Assembly: GCA_046289355.1 (NCBI GenBank)
Contig: JBKBVX010000002.1
Coordinates: 1 to 32,274, forward strand
DNA from: Patescibacteria group bacterium
GTDB taxonomy: Bacteria > Patescibacteriota > Patescibacteriia > UBA2591 > CALHIP01
DNA: 32,274 nucleotides
Direction of reading: 5' to 3'
This document shows positions 1-9,106 of this stretch, piece by piece. The translations under genes were made by a program, and so were the position numbers. Position 1 is the first letter of the stretch; each line of letters begins with the position of its first letter. Under the pieces are notes generated by a model. It was given only the letters and a program-made list of their open reading frames with translations, ran no database searches and was not told the origin of the DNA.

Positions 1-2
1 AA

Positions 3-278
3 ATAAAAGAAAAAGATGCTAAAGGAAAAGAAAAAGAGAGGATTCAAATTTTTGAAGGAATAGTTATTAAAAGACGCGGTGGTAATACTCCAGGAGCAAC
101 TTTTACTGTTCGAAAAATTGGCGCTGATGGAATTGGTATTGAAAAAATTTATCCTCTTCATTCACCAACAATTATTAAAATAGAACTTTTAAAAAGATAT
201 AAAGTCAGAAGGGCAAAGTTGTATTATTTGAGAAGATATAAAAAGAAAATGAAAGAAATGAAAAGTAAGGAGATATAA
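3..278 (+). CDS. rplS: 50S ribosomal protein L19, C-terminal part (5' end lies outside the window)
   Basis: Frame-3 translation reads ...[66 protein letters not shown]... and ends at TAA 276-278. This matches the conserved L19 core ([24 protein letters not shown]). It is not in the ORF track because there is no start codon in the window. Confidence 0.85.
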   Translation: MKEKDAKGKEKERIQIFEGIVIKRRGGNTPGATFTVRKIGADGIGIEKIYPLHSPTIIKIELLKRYKVRRAKLYYLRRYKKKMKEMKSKEI

Positions 279-304
279 AATTATTATAAAATTTTCAATG
301 GCCT

Positions 305-1036
305 ATGAAAAACTCTTTGTTTATATTAATAATTTTTGTTATTTTCTTTTTTCTCTATTATCTAATTCAAATTCCTCCTCTCTTAAATATTGATGATATA
401 AAACTTTTTCTTACAATCTCAACTTTCATCTTTGCTATTTTTGCTGGATTCTTTATTTCTAAACAGAGCCTCAGATATAGTCAAATTCGAGATACTATCT
501 CAAAATTTGATGGAAATATGTCTTTCATCTATCGATGTTTTCAGCATTTTGATCAAGCCCAAATTGAAGTAGGAAAAATTCTAAAAGCACATTATCAACC
601 TATTTTAAAAGAAAAAAAATGGTATTATCCTTTCACTCGAAAAACAACTACTCTTACTTCAATTCACAATCTTATTGAAAAAATTTCTCAAGAAAAAAGT
701 CTTTCTGATTTACATAAAGCAGTATTAGCAAGAATTATGGCTTCATTACAAGAAGCCCAAAGACTGAGAAAAGAAATGATTGCTCTTTATCAAGAACGAT
801 ATCCTAAACTACAATGGGTACCTATTTATCTTTTTACTCTTATTATTTTTATTAATCTTTCTTTTGTCCAATCTTATCAATCTTTTTTAACTTCTCTTTT
901 TAAATCTATCTTTATAACAGGAATCTTTTTTGTCATCATTTTACTTTATAAACTTGATCAACTTGAATTTTTTGAAGGAATGGTAGGAGAAAATTCTGCT
1001 CGCGATGTTTTAGAAATAATTGAAGGAAAAAAATAA
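305..1036 (+). CDS. hypothetical integral membrane protein (two N-terminal and two C-terminal hydrophobic segments around a soluble helical core)
   Basis: 243-aa ORF with an ATG start. Hydrophobic stretches are LFILIIFVIFFFLYYLI, ISTFIFAIFAGFFI, IYLFTLIIFINLSF and ITGIFFVIILLY. I recognise no family motif. Confidence 0.55.
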   Translation: MKNSLFILIIFVIFFFLYYLIQIPPLLNIDDIKLFLTISTFIFAIFAGFFISKQSLRYSQIRDTISKFDGNMSFIYRCFQHFDQAQIEVGKILKAHYQPILKEKKWYYPFTRKTTTLTSIHNLIEKISQEKSLSDLHKAVLARIMASLQEAQRLRKEMIALYQERYPKLQWVPIYLFTLIIFINLSFVQSYQSFLTSLFKSIFITGIFFVIILLYKLDQLEFFEGMVGENSARDVLEIIEGKK

Positions 1037-1067
1037 ACCTTAAACAGTTTGAAATTTAGATAAGAGG

Positions 1068-1095
1068 TTTACAGTTTATAAAGGAATAATATAAT
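1068..1095 (+). promoter_or_regulatory. sigma70-type promoter candidate for the tRNA trio (TTTACA-16 nt-TATAAT)
   Basis: TTTACA at 1068-1073, a 16-nt spacer, and a perfect TATAAT at 1090-1095. The -10 ends 11 nt before the tRNA-Leu 5' end (1107). Confidence 0.5.
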
Positions 1096-1106
1096 ATTAT
1101 AAAGAA

Positions 1107-1193
1107 GCCCAGGTGGTGGAATTGGTATACACACAGGCCTGAGGAGCCTGGCCATATTTTTATGGCGTGCGGGTTCAAGTCCCGCCCTGGGCA
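1107..1193 (+). tRNA. tRNA-Leu (anticodon GAG), class II with long variable arm; no encoded CCA
   Basis: Hand-folded cloverleaf. Acceptor GCCCAGG/CCTGGGC, anticodon stem CAGGC/GCCTG with loop CTGAGGA, long variable arm GCCATATTTTTATGGCG, T arm GCGGG-TTCAAGT-CCCGC. Confidence 0.9.
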
Positions 1194-1197
1194 ATTA

Positions 1198-1271
1198 GGG
1201 CCGGTAGCTCAGTTGGTTAGAGCGCTACGATGGCATCGTAGAGGTCGTGGGTTCAAATCCCATCCGGTCCA
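1198..1271 (+). tRNA. tRNA-Ala (anticodon GGC); no encoded CCA
   Basis: Acceptor GGGCCGG/CCGGTCC gives the G3:U70 alanine identity pair. Anticodon stem CTACG/CGTAG with loop ATGGCAT, T arm GTGGG-TTCAAAT-CCCAT. Confidence 0.9.
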
Positions 1272-1278
1272 ATTTATT

Positions 1279-1352
1279 GGGCTCGTAGCTCAGTTGGTTA
1301 GAGCGTTACGTTGACATCGTAAAGGTCGCCCGTTCGAATCGGGCCGAGCCCA
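1279..1352 (+). tRNA. tRNA-Val (anticodon GAC); no encoded CCA
   Basis: Acceptor GGGCTCG/CGAGCCC, anticodon stem TTACG/CGTAA with loop TTGACAT, T arm GCCCG-TTCGAAT-CGGGC. Confidence 0.9.
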
Positions 1353-1360
1353 TTTTTTAT

Positions 1361-1388
1361 TTGTCAAAAAATAAAAATATTATAAAAT
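1361..1388 (+). promoter_or_regulatory. promoter candidate TTGTCA-16-TAAAAT, with the -10 ending 6 nt before the mpg ATG (leaderless geometry)
   Basis: TTGTCA at 1361-1366 and TAAAAT at 1383-1388, with the ATG at 1395. It sits in the only non-coding gap between tRNA-Val and mpg. Confidence 0.5.
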
Positions 1389-1394
1389 TTAAAG

Positions 1395-1991
1395 ATGATT
1401 GGACGATTAAAAAGAAAATTTTTTACTAGACCAACATTGATTGTAGCAAAAGATTTATTAGGAAAAATCTTGATTAGAAAATATAGAAAGAAAATTATTG
1501 CTGGAAAAATTGTTGAAACAGAAGCCTATATTGGACCACAAGATAGAGCCTCTCATGGTTATAAAATGAAAAAAACATTAAGAAATAGAGCTGAATATTT
1601 AGTCGGTGGCCACATTTATATCTATTTAGTTTATGGAATGTATTATCAATTAAATATCTCAACTGAAAAAGAAGGATTACCAAGGTGTGTTTTGATCAGA
1701 GCCTTAGAGCCAATATCTTTTAAAATTAAAAAAAATAAGTATAATAAATTGAAATTTCAGTTAGCCAATGGACCAGGAAAATTATGTCGCTATCTAAAAT
1801 TAGATAAATCATTTTACGGGGAAGATTTAGTCAAAAGTAAAAGAATTTGGTTAGAAGATAGGGGGATAAAAATAAAAAAATCAGAAATTGTTGCCAGTAA
1901 AAGAATTGGTATTGATTATGCTGGAAAATATTGGGCAAATAAAAAATGGAGATTTTATCTTAAAAATAATCCTTGTGTTTCTAAAAAATAA
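1395..1991 (+). CDS. mpg: DNA-3-methyladenine glycosylase (Mpg/AAG family)
   Basis: 198 aa carrying family hallmarks: FFTRPTLIVAKDLLGK, VETEAYIGPQDRASHGY, GHIYIYLVYGMYYQLNI, VLIRALEP, NGPGKLC. Confidence 0.85.
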   Translation: MIGRLKRKFFTRPTLIVAKDLLGKILIRKYRKKIIAGKIVETEAYIGPQDRASHGYKMKKTLRNRAEYLVGGHIYIYLVYGMYYQLNISTEKEGLPRCVLIRALEPISFKIKKNKYNKLKFQLANGPGKLCRYLKLDKSFYGEDLVKSKRIWLEDRGIKIKKSEIVASKRIGIDYAGKYWANKKWRFYLKNNPCVSKK

Positions 1992-1993
1992 AT

Positions 1994-3631
1994 ATGAGTC
2001 GTTACATTTTTGTCATTGGTGGTGTTCTTTCTGGTGTTGGTAAAGGAACAGCCACCGCTTCAATTGGGAGAATTTTAAAATCTTACGGTTATAAAGTCAC
2101 AGCTATTAAGATTGATCCTTATATCAATGTTGATGCTGGAACAATGAATCCTATTGAACATGGTGAAGTTTTTGTCACAGAAGATGGTGATGAAACAGAT
2201 CAGGATATTGGCACCTATGAAAGATTCTTAGATGAAAATATTTACTCAGATAATTATATGACAACAGGTCGAGTTTATGAGGCAGTTATTCATCGAGAAA
2301 GAAGATTAGAATATGGTGGCAAATGTGTTGAGGTTGTTCCCCATATTCCTGAGGAAGTAATTAGTCGAATCAAAAGGGTTAGTCAAAAAACAAAGGCTGA
2401 TTTTGTTTTAGTCGAAATCGGCGGAACAGTTGGTGAATATCAAAATGCTTTATTTTTAGAAGCAGCTAGAATGATGCACTTAGAGAATCCAAAAAATGTT
2501 CTTTTTATTTTAGTTTCTTATCTACCTATCCCAGAAAAATTGGGTGAGATGAAAACTAAACCTACTCAGCAGGCAACTCGTCTTTTAAATGAAGCTGGTA
2601 TCCAGCCAGATTTAATTATCGCTCGGGCTGCCCTTCCTCTTGATCAGCCACGGAAAAGGAAAATTTCTATTTTTTGCAATATTTCGGAAGAAGATGTCAT
2701 TTCTGCACCAGATGTTGACTCAATTTATGAAATTCCTTTAAATTTTGAAAAGGAAGGGTTAGGTAAAAAAATTTTGAAAAAATTTAATCTCCCAATAAAA
2801 AAGAGGAACCTAAAAGATTGGGCTGGCTTAGTTAAAACTATTAAGAAAGCAAGGAAAGAAGTAAAAATTGGGATTATTGGTAAATATTTTGCCAGTGGTA
2901 AATTTACTTTATCTGATTCTTATCTTTCAGTCATTGAAGCAATCAAACATGCAGTCTGGTTCTTTAAAAGAAATCCAAAAATCTTTTGGCTTGAATCAGA
3001 AAGATATGAGAAAAATCCACGTTTATTAAAGGAGTTAAGAAATTTTGATGGTATCATTGTTCCTGGTGGCTTCGGAAAAAGGGGTACAGAGGGAAAAATC
3101 AAAGCTATTGGTTATGCCCGGAGAAATAAAATTCCTTTCTTTGGACTTTGTTTCGGTTTACAACTGGCAGTTGTTGAATTTGCTAGAAATGTCGCTGGTC
3201 TTAAAAATGCTCACTCAACAGAAATTAATCCAAAAACTAAATATCCAGTTGTTGATTTAATACCTGAACAATTAAAAAATATCCAAAAGGCCCACTATGG
3301 AGGAAGTATGAGATTAGGCGCTTATCCTTGTCTATTGAAAGAAAAAACTTTAGCTTATCATGCTTATTTTGGTGAAAAAAAAGTAAAAATACCAATTGTC
3401 TTTGAAAGACATCGTCATCGCTATGAAGTCAATAATCAATTTAAAGAAATTTTGGAAAAGAAAGGTTTAGTTTTTTCTGGTATCAATCCAAAATCAAATT
3501 TGGTTGAAATTATTGAATTGAGGAATCATCCATTTTTCTTAGCTACTCAGTTTCATCCAGAATTTAAATCTCGACCACTCTCACCTCATCCACTTTTTAA
3601 GGAATTTATCAAAGCAGCCATAAAAAAATGA
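1994..3631 (+). CDS. pyrG: CTP synthase
   Basis: 545 aa. N-terminal synthetase motif IFVIGGVLSGVGKG, and a glutaminase domain with GLCFGLQ (nucleophile Cys) and HRHRYEVN. The start lies 2 nt after the mpg stop. Confidence 0.95.
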   Translation: MSRYIFVIGGVLSGVGKGTATASIGRILKSYGYKVTAIKIDPYINVDAGTMNPIEHGEVFVTEDGDETDQDIGTYERFLDENIYSDNYMTTGRVYEAVIHRERRLEYGGKCVEVVPHIPEEVISRIKRVSQKTKADFVLVEIGGTVGEYQNALFLEAARMMHLENPKNVLFILVSYLPIPEKLGEMKTKPTQQATRLLNEAGIQPDLIIARAALPLDQPRKRKISIFCNISEEDVISAPDVDSIYEIPLNFEKEGLGKKILKKFNLPIKKRNLKDWAGLVKTIKKARKEVKIGIIGKYFASGKFTLSDSYLSVIEAIKHAVWFFKRNPKIFWLESERYEKNPRLLKELRNFDGIIVPGGFGKRGTEGKIKAIGYARRNKIPFFGLCFGLQLAVVEFARNVAGLKNAHSTEINPKTKYPVVDLIPEQLKNIQKAHYGGSMRLGAYPCLLKEKTLAYHAYFGEKKVKIPIVFERHRHRYEVNNQFKEILEKKGLVFSGINPKSNLVEIIELRNHPFFLATQFHPEFKSRPLSPHPLFKEFIKAAIKK

Positions 3632-4398
3632 ATTCTAAAGGAGAAAAAATAAAGAAATTTTTTATTATCTTTGCTGCTTTTTGTTTGGTATTAATGACCG
3701 GTTATCAAATCATTCTCCCATTTTTTGAAAAAATCCCAAAAAAGCAAGAAGTAAAACAAAATCAAATAATTAACAATGAAGAATTAGAAAATAAAAGTGA
3801 ATTTAAAGAAAATCAGCTATCAGAAATTAAAGAAGATGTTTTTTTAGAAGTTCCTTTTATGCCACAAGCACCTTATGGAATTTGGGATGATCTTCATAAC
3901 AATGCCTGTGAAGAAGCAGCTCTTATTATGGTTCATTATTTTCTTTTAGGAAAGAATTTAGATAAAGAAACAATGGAAAGAGAAATTCAGAATTTAGTCA
4001 ATTGGCAGATAAAAAATTGGGGAGAACATAAAGATTTGACTTTAGAGGAAGTAGGTAAATTAGCTAAAGAATATTATGGCTGGCAAAAAATAAGAATATT
4101 AGATAGAATCACAATTGAAGAAATTAAAAAAGAACTTTCTAAAGGCAATCCAGTTATTGTTCCGGCAGCTGGCCGGCTCCTTGGCAATCCTTATTATCGA
4201 AGACCAGGTCCTTATTATCATATGCTTGTGATTCGAGGTTATAAGAAAAATAAAATCATTACTAATGATCCAGGAACGCGTCGAGGCGAAAAATTTCTTT
4301 ATTCATCAGAAATACTTTATCAAGCAATCCATGATTGGCCAGGGGAAGGTAAAGATATTTTGGAAGGAGAAAAAAGAGGATTGATTATTGAAAAATAA
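3628..4398 (+). CDS. secreted or membrane-anchored C39-like cysteine peptidase domain protein
   Basis: 256 aa with an N-terminal hydrophobic anchor (FFIIFAAFCLVLM). VPFMPQAPYGIWDDLHNNACEEAALIMV places a Cys in a C39_2-like context, with later YYHMLVIRGY and ITNDPG. The ATG overlaps the pyrG TGA (ATGA). Confidence 0.6.
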   Translation: MNSKGEKIKKFFIIFAAFCLVLMTGYQIILPFFEKIPKKQEVKQNQIINNEELENKSEFKENQLSEIKEDVFLEVPFMPQAPYGIWDDLHNNACEEAALIMVHYFLLGKNLDKETMEREIQNLVNWQIKNWGEHKDLTLEEVGKLAKEYYGWQKIRILDRITIEEIKKELSKGNPVIVPAAGRLLGNPYYRRPGPYYHMLVIRGYKKNKIITNDPGTRRGEKFLYSSEILYQAIHDWPGEGKDILEGEKRGLIIEK

Positions 4399-4416
4399 TC
4401 AAAATCTAATTAGAAT
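4388..4416 (+). promoter_or_regulatory. promoter candidate TTGAAA-17-TAGAAT, with the -10 ending 6 nt before the ATG at 4423 (leaderless geometry)
   Basis: TTGAAA at 4388-4393, a 17-nt spacer, TAGAAT at 4411-4416, then AAAATT and the ATG. Confidence 0.5.
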
Positions 4417-4422
4417 AAAATT

Positions 4423-4863
4423 ATGTTAACAACAGGACAAATTATTTTAAGACTAATTTTATCAGTAATTTTTAGTAGCCTTATCTACTGGTTTAGAAAA
4501 GATAAAGAAAAATTTTTGGAAATGAAATCTTATCTTTTATCTTCTTTAGCTGGTACCTCCCTTTCTTTGTTATCTTTAAAAATTTTTCTCACTTATTACT
4601 CAAAAACTGATTTGGTTATTTTACCAGCAGTCCTTATTTTAGGAGTCTTTGTCATTAGTATAAATTTTATTCAAAAAGGGGAAGCAAAAGAAGCAATAAG
4701 CTCTCTTTTTTCTCTTTTGTTTGTTTCCTTAATTGGTCTAATAATCGGTTTTGGGTTTTATCCTTTAGCTATTTTTCTTACTTTGTTATTGTTAATTATT
4801 ATTTTTTTAACTGGTCTTTCTTTTAATTATCTTTTAAAAAAGATATGGAAAAAGCAAAAATAA
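4423..4863 (+). CDS. small polytopic membrane protein, MgtC/SapB-like (tentative)
   Basis: 146 aa with 4-5 hydrophobic helices. The N-terminus IILRLILSVIFSSLIYWFRKDKE...SYLLSSLAGTSLSLLS resembles the MgtC-family opening (LRL..A...G..IG.ERE...G.RT..LV..GS). The family assignment comes from memory of that motif only. Confidence 0.4.
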   Translation: MLTTGQIILRLILSVIFSSLIYWFRKDKEKFLEMKSYLLSSLAGTSLSLLSLKIFLTYYSKTDLVILPAVLILGVFVISINFIQKGEAKEAISSLFSLLFVSLIGLIIGFGFYPLAIFLTLLLLIIIFLTGLSFNYLLKKIWKKQK

Positions 4864-5327
4864 AGTCATCTTTTTGGAGTAAAATTACTAAATTATCAGA
4901 AGAAGATTTAAAGAAAACAGGTAAAGAAATTGAAGCTGTTAAAAAAGAAGAAAAGGAAGAAAAAAAAGAATTGTGGCTACCAGAAACTTCAGAAGGAAAA
5001 CTTTCTTTAGATATCTATCAAAAAGGGGAAGAAATTATTGTTAAATCTGCCTTAGCTGGTGTTAAACCAGAAGATTTAGAAATAACAATTGATAAAGATA
5101 TTTTAACTATCAAAGGTAAAAGAGAGAGGGAAGATTCAGAAAAGTTAGAAGAAATTAAATATTTCCACCAGGAATGTTTTTGGGGACATTTTTCCCGGAC
5201 AGTTATTTTACCAGCTGAAGTAAAAATCGAAGAAGTTAAAGCCACTCTTAAAAATGGTATCTTAACTATTAATTTACCAATTAAGAAAAAAGAGGAGGGG
5301 GTAAAAAAAGTAAAAATAAAAAAATAA
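4845..5327 (+). CDS. Hsp20/alpha-crystallin family small heat-shock protein
   Basis: 160 aa with an alpha-crystallin domain: LSLDIYQKGEEIIVKSALAGVKPEDLEITIDKDILTIKGKRE...FSRTVILPAEVKIEEVKATLKNGILTINLPIKK. It overlaps the previous ORF by 19 nt. Confidence 0.9.
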   Translation: MEKAKIKSSFWSKITKLSEEDLKKTGKEIEAVKKEEKEEKKELWLPETSEGKLSLDIYQKGEEIIVKSALAGVKPEDLEITIDKDILTIKGKREREDSEKLEEIKYFHQECFWGHFSRTVILPAEVKIEEVKATLKNGILTINLPIKKKEEGVKKVKIKK

Positions 5328-5328
5328 A

Positions 5329-7074
5329 ATGAGTTGGAAAAAAACATTTTTTTCTATCTTTTTTATTTTTCTTTTAATCGGAATGCTTTTTTATTTCTTC
5401 GTTTTTTATCAAAAAAAATATGCCAATCAAGTAATAACCAATCTTTATCTGGGAAAATATAACCTAAAAGGGCTATCAAAAGAAGAGGTTGAAAATTTTT
5501 TAGAAGAGAAAGTTCTTCAAATAGAAAGAGAAGGAATAAAACTTTCTGCCTTAGGAAAAGAAATGACTCTTTATCCAATGGTTATTGCTTTGTCTGATCC
5601 AGATTTGACCAGAAGGATTATCCATTTCAAAATTGATGAAGTAATTGAAGAAATTTTTCTTTTACCACAAAGAAAAAATCCTTTTTCTTATTTCAAAGAA
5701 AAAAGAATCTATTTACCAGTTGATTTTTCTTCCGAAGAAATTTTAAAAATTCTTAAAGAAAAATTTTCCTCTTTAGAAGAAGCACCAAAAGATGCTTCTC
5801 TAAAATATGAAGCCGGTGAATGGAAAATCATCCCAGAAAAAGAAGGTTTTAGTTTCAATTACCAAAAGGCTATAGAAGATTTAAAAAATCGTTTAGCTAA
5901 TTTAAATTTAGAACCTATTCAACTTGAAACTATCATTTTAAAACCAAAAATTTATAGACAAGAAATTGAAGTTTCTTTATCTGAAATAGAAAAAATCATT
6001 GACACAGCACCAATTTATCTAATTTATGGTAAAAAGAAGTGGACAATTTCTAAGGAACTTCTTAAAAAATGGATAGATTTTAAGAAAGAGAATGGAAAAA
6101 TTGAATTTGACCTAAATCAAGATAAAATTGTTGATTTTTTAAAAAATATTGCCAAAGAAATCGATCAACCAGTTAAAGAAGCAAAATTTAAAATAGAAAA
6201 TGAAAAAGTTGTTGAATTCCAAATTTCCCAAGAAGGAAAAAAATTGAAAATTGAAGAAAATGTTAAAAAAATAAAAGAATATATTTTTTTGAAATTTAAA
6301 GAGATCGAACTCGAAGTGGAAACTATTAAGCCAACAATTCTTATTAGTGATATCAATGAATTAGGAATTAAAGAATTAGTTGGTCGAGGTGAATCAGATT
6401 TTAAAGGTTCACCAAAAAATAGAATTAATAACATTAAAATTGGGGCAAAAAATTTAAATGGAATTTTAATTAAACCAGGTGAAGAATTTTCTTTGCTCAA
6501 AGCTTTAGGGGAAATAAATGAAAGTAAAGGTTATTTACCAGAATTAGTGATAAAAGGGGATAGAACTATTCCTGAATTAGGGGGTGGTCTTTGCCAGATT
6601 GGAACAACCGCTTTCCGTGTTGCTTTATCTGCCGGCTTACCTATTACCCAAAGAACGCCCCATGCCTTCCGAGTCATCTATTATGAACCAGCTGGTGTTG
6701 ATGCCACAATTTATAATCCCTGGCCTGATTTTCGTTTCATCAATGATTATCAAAGTTGGCTTTTACTCCAAACAAAAATTGAAGGAACAAAATTGATTTT
6801 TGAATTATATGGCACCTCTGATGGTCGAAAAGTTGAGATTACACCGCCAAAAATTTTCAATATCGTTCCGCCCGGACCACCAAGGTATATTGAAACTGAA
6901 GAGTTAAAACCAGGCGAAAAGAAAAAAGTTGAAAAGGCAGTAGCAGGGGCTGATACAGAATTCACCCGTATCATCACTTATCCTAATGGTGAAAGAAAAG
7001 AGGAGGTTTGGAAATCTCATTATCGACCTTGGCCAGAAGTTTGGTTGATCGGTAAAGAATCTATTTCTCATTGA
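5329..7074 (+). CDS. VanW family protein with N-terminal membrane anchor
   Basis: 581 aa. The C-terminal VanW core reads GGGLCQIGTTAFRVALSAGLPITQRTPHAFRVIYYEPAGVDATIY. The N-terminal TM segment is FFSIFFIFLLIGMLFYFFVF. Confidence 0.85.
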   Translation: MSWKKTFFSIFFIFLLIGMLFYFFVFYQKKYANQVITNLYLGKYNLKGLSKEEVENFLEEKVLQIEREGIKLSALGKEMTLYPMVIALSDPDLTRRIIHFKIDEVIEEIFLLPQRKNPFSYFKEKRIYLPVDFSSEEILKILKEKFSSLEEAPKDASLKYEAGEWKIIPEKEGFSFNYQKAIEDLKNRLANLNLEPIQLETIILKPKIYRQEIEVSLSEIEKIIDTAPIYLIYGKKKWTISKELLKKWIDFKKENGKIEFDLNQDKIVDFLKNIAKEIDQPVKEAKFKIENEKVVEFQISQEGKKLKIEENVKKIKEYIFLKFKEIELEVETIKPTILISDINELGIKELVGRGESDFKGSPKNRINNIKIGAKNLNGILIKPGEEFSLLKALGEINESKGYLPELVIKGDRTIPELGGGLCQIGTTAFRVALSAGLPITQRTPHAFRVIYYEPAGVDATIYNPWPDFRFINDYQSWLLLQTKIEGTKLIFELYGTSDGRKVEITPPKIFNIVPPGPPRYIETEELKPGEKKKVEKAVAGADTEFTRIITYPNGERKEEVWKSHYRPWPEVWLIGKESISH

Positions 7075-7099
7075 CAAAATTAAAAATTTTGCCTATTAT
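7071..7099 (+). promoter_or_regulatory. promoter candidate TTGACA-17-TATTAT for infB, with the -35 overlapping the vanW-family TGA stop
   Basis: A perfect TTGACA at 7071-7076 and TATTAT at 7094-7099. The ATG at 7131 would give a leader of roughly 25 nt without an SD. Confidence 0.4.
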
Positions 7100-7130
7100 T
7101 AAACCAATCTTTTTTTATTTATCAACTAAT

Positions 7131-9104
7131 ATGAACATTTCTGAATTGGCCAGAAAATTAAAAGTCACTACCAAGGAGCTTAAAGAAAAATTACCTGAGC
7201 TCGGATTTGACATTGGTATGAAAGCAATTCAGATTCCTGATGAACAGGCAAAGAAAGTAATAGAAGCTTGGCAAGCAAAAAAGAAAGAAGAAGAGAAAAA
7301 AAGATATTTGGCTGAACTCAAAGAAAAATTAACTAAAAAAGAAGTTTTAAAAGAAAGAAAAATCACTATTCCTGAAGTTATTACTGTCCATCAGTTGGCA
7401 GAAAAATTAAATTTACCTGTAACTAAAGTTATTCAACAATTAATTAAAAATGGTGTCTTAGCCACCATTAATGATAATTTAGATTTTGAAATTGCTGTCA
7501 TTATCGCTGAACAACTTGGCTTTAAAGTTGAAAAAGAAACAGAAGAAAAAATTGAAATAGAAAAAGCATCTAAATTAAAAGAAAAATTAGAAAAATTATT
7601 AAAAGAGGAAAATAAAAAATTGTTAGAACCAAGACCTCCGATAATTGTAGTGATGGGCCATGTTGATCATGGTAAAACTTCCCTTCTTGATTTTATTCGC
7701 CAGACTCAAATTGCCTCTCAAGAACCAGGGGCAATTACTCAACATATTGGTGCCTATCAGGTCTCTAAAAATAATCGTCTTATTACTTTTATTGATACAC
7801 CAGGCCATGAAGCTTTCAAAACATTAAGAATGCGAGGTGGTCAAGTAGCAGATTTAGCTATTTTAGTCATAGCGGCTGATGATGGTGTCCAAGAACAAAC
7901 AATTGAATCTCTAAAAATTATCCAGAAGGAAAATTTACCTTTTATTGTAGCCATTAATAAAATCGACAAACCAGAAGCAGATCCAGAAAAAATAAAAAAA
8001 CAATTGGCTGAATTGAATCTTACTCCTGAAGAATGGGGTGGAAAGACAATTTGTCAAGAAGTCTCAGCTAAAACAGGGCAAGGAATTGATAAACTTTTAG
8101 ATTTAATTCTGTTAGTCGCTGATTTAGAAAAAGAAAAATTGATGGCTAATTTAAATCGACCAGCCATTGGAACAATCATTGAGGCCCATTTAGATAAAGG
8201 GGAGGGGCCAGTTGCTACAGCAATTATTCAAACCGGTAAATTAAAAATTAAAGATTTTATTATAGCTGGCGAAAGTTATGGCCGAGTTAGGGCTCTTCGC
8301 AATTGGCAAGGAAAAGATGTCAAAGAAGCTGTGCCAGGAATGCCTGTGAAAATAATTGGGTTTAAAACTTTACCAATAGTCGGAGAAATCTTAGAAGTAA
8401 AAAGTGAAAATGAATTTAAAAAAATAAAAAAAGAAATAAAAATAAGAAAAGAAATTTTAAAAAAGGGGTCTATTCTCCAACAAACTGAAAAAGAAGAGAC
8501 AATTAAATCATTAAATTTAATTTTAAAAGCTGATGTTTTAGGTTCATTAGAATCTTTAATTGAAGGAATCAAAAAATTAGAAATACCAACGGTAAAGATA
8601 AATATTGTTAAAAGTAGACTTGGTCCAATTAATGAAATTGAGGTCATTGAAGGAAAAAATCTATCAGCTATTATTGTTGGCTTTAATGTTGGGATTTTAA
8701 AAGAAGCAAAAAAGATTGCTGAAAAAGAAGGGGTGAAAATCTATCTTTCGAATGTTATCTATGATCTCCTGGAAAAAATAAAGAAGGAGATAGAAAAAAT
8801 AAGTGGACCAAAAATTAAAGAAATTCTTTTAGGAAAATTAAAAATTTTAGCTACCTTCAGAAAAGGAGATAATTTTTCTATTGTTGGTGGTAAGGTCTTA
8901 GAAGGAAAGATAAAACCAAATTCAAAAATAAGAATTTGGCGGAATAAAGAAATTATTGGTGAAGGGATATTGGCTGAATTACAGATCAATAAAATAAAAG
9001 CAAAAGAAGCATCTGAAGGAGAAGAGTGTGGAATAAAATATCAAGGAAGTGAAGAAATAAAAATAGGAGATATCTTCGAAGTTTATATAGAAGAAGTAAA
9101 GTAG
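7131..9104 (+). CDS. infB: translation initiation factor IF-2
   Basis: G-domain motifs VVMGHVDHGKTSLLD, DTPGHEAF and NKIDK, followed by C-terminal IF-2 domains. I prefer ATG 7131 (MNISELARKL...) over the track's TTG at 7071. The 20 extra residues are hydrophobic junk and overlap the promoter-like sequence. Confidence 0.9.
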   Translation: MNISELARKLKVTTKELKEKLPELGFDIGMKAIQIPDEQAKKVIEAWQAKKKEEEKKRYLAELKEKLTKKEVLKERKITIPEVITVHQLAEKLNLPVTKVIQQLIKNGVLATINDNLDFEIAVIIAEQLGFKVEKETEEKIEIEKASKLKEKLEKLLKEENKKLLEPRPPIIVVMGHVDHGKTSLLDFIRQTQIASQEPGAITQHIGAYQVSKNNRLITFIDTPGHEAFKTLRMRGGQVADLAILVIAADDGVQEQTIESLKIIQKENLPFIVAINKIDKPEADPEKIKKQLAELNLTPEEWGGKTICQEVSAKTGQGIDKLLDLILLVADLEKEKLMANLNRPAIGTIIEAHLDKGEGPVATAIIQTGKLKIKDFIIAGESYGRVRALRNWQGKDVKEAVPGMPVKIIGFKTLPIVGEILEVKSENEFKKIKKEIKIRKEILKKGSILQQTEKEETIKSLNLILKADVLGSLESLIEGIKKLEIPTVKINIVKSRLGPINEIEVIEGKNLSAIIVGFNVGILKEAKKIAEKEGVKIYLSNVIYDLLEKIKKEIEKISGPKIKEILLGKLKILATFRKGDNFSIVGGKVLEGKIKPNSKIRIWRNKEIIGEGILAELQINKIKAKEASEGEECGIKYQGSEEIKIGDIFEVYIEEVK

Positions 9105-9106
9105 TT

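Noticed and set aside
1037-1070. A possible terminator hairpin AAACCT...AGGTTT after the 305-1036 ORF.
   Set aside because: It has only 6 bp with a loop of about 24 nt and no T-tract, so it is not credible as an intrinsic terminator.
7071-7130. A TTG start at 7071 for infB, as in the ORF track.
   Set aside because: It adds 20 hydrophobic, non-conserved residues, and the TTG is part of a perfect TTGACA -35 hexamer. ATG 7131 gives a normal IF-2 N-terminus.
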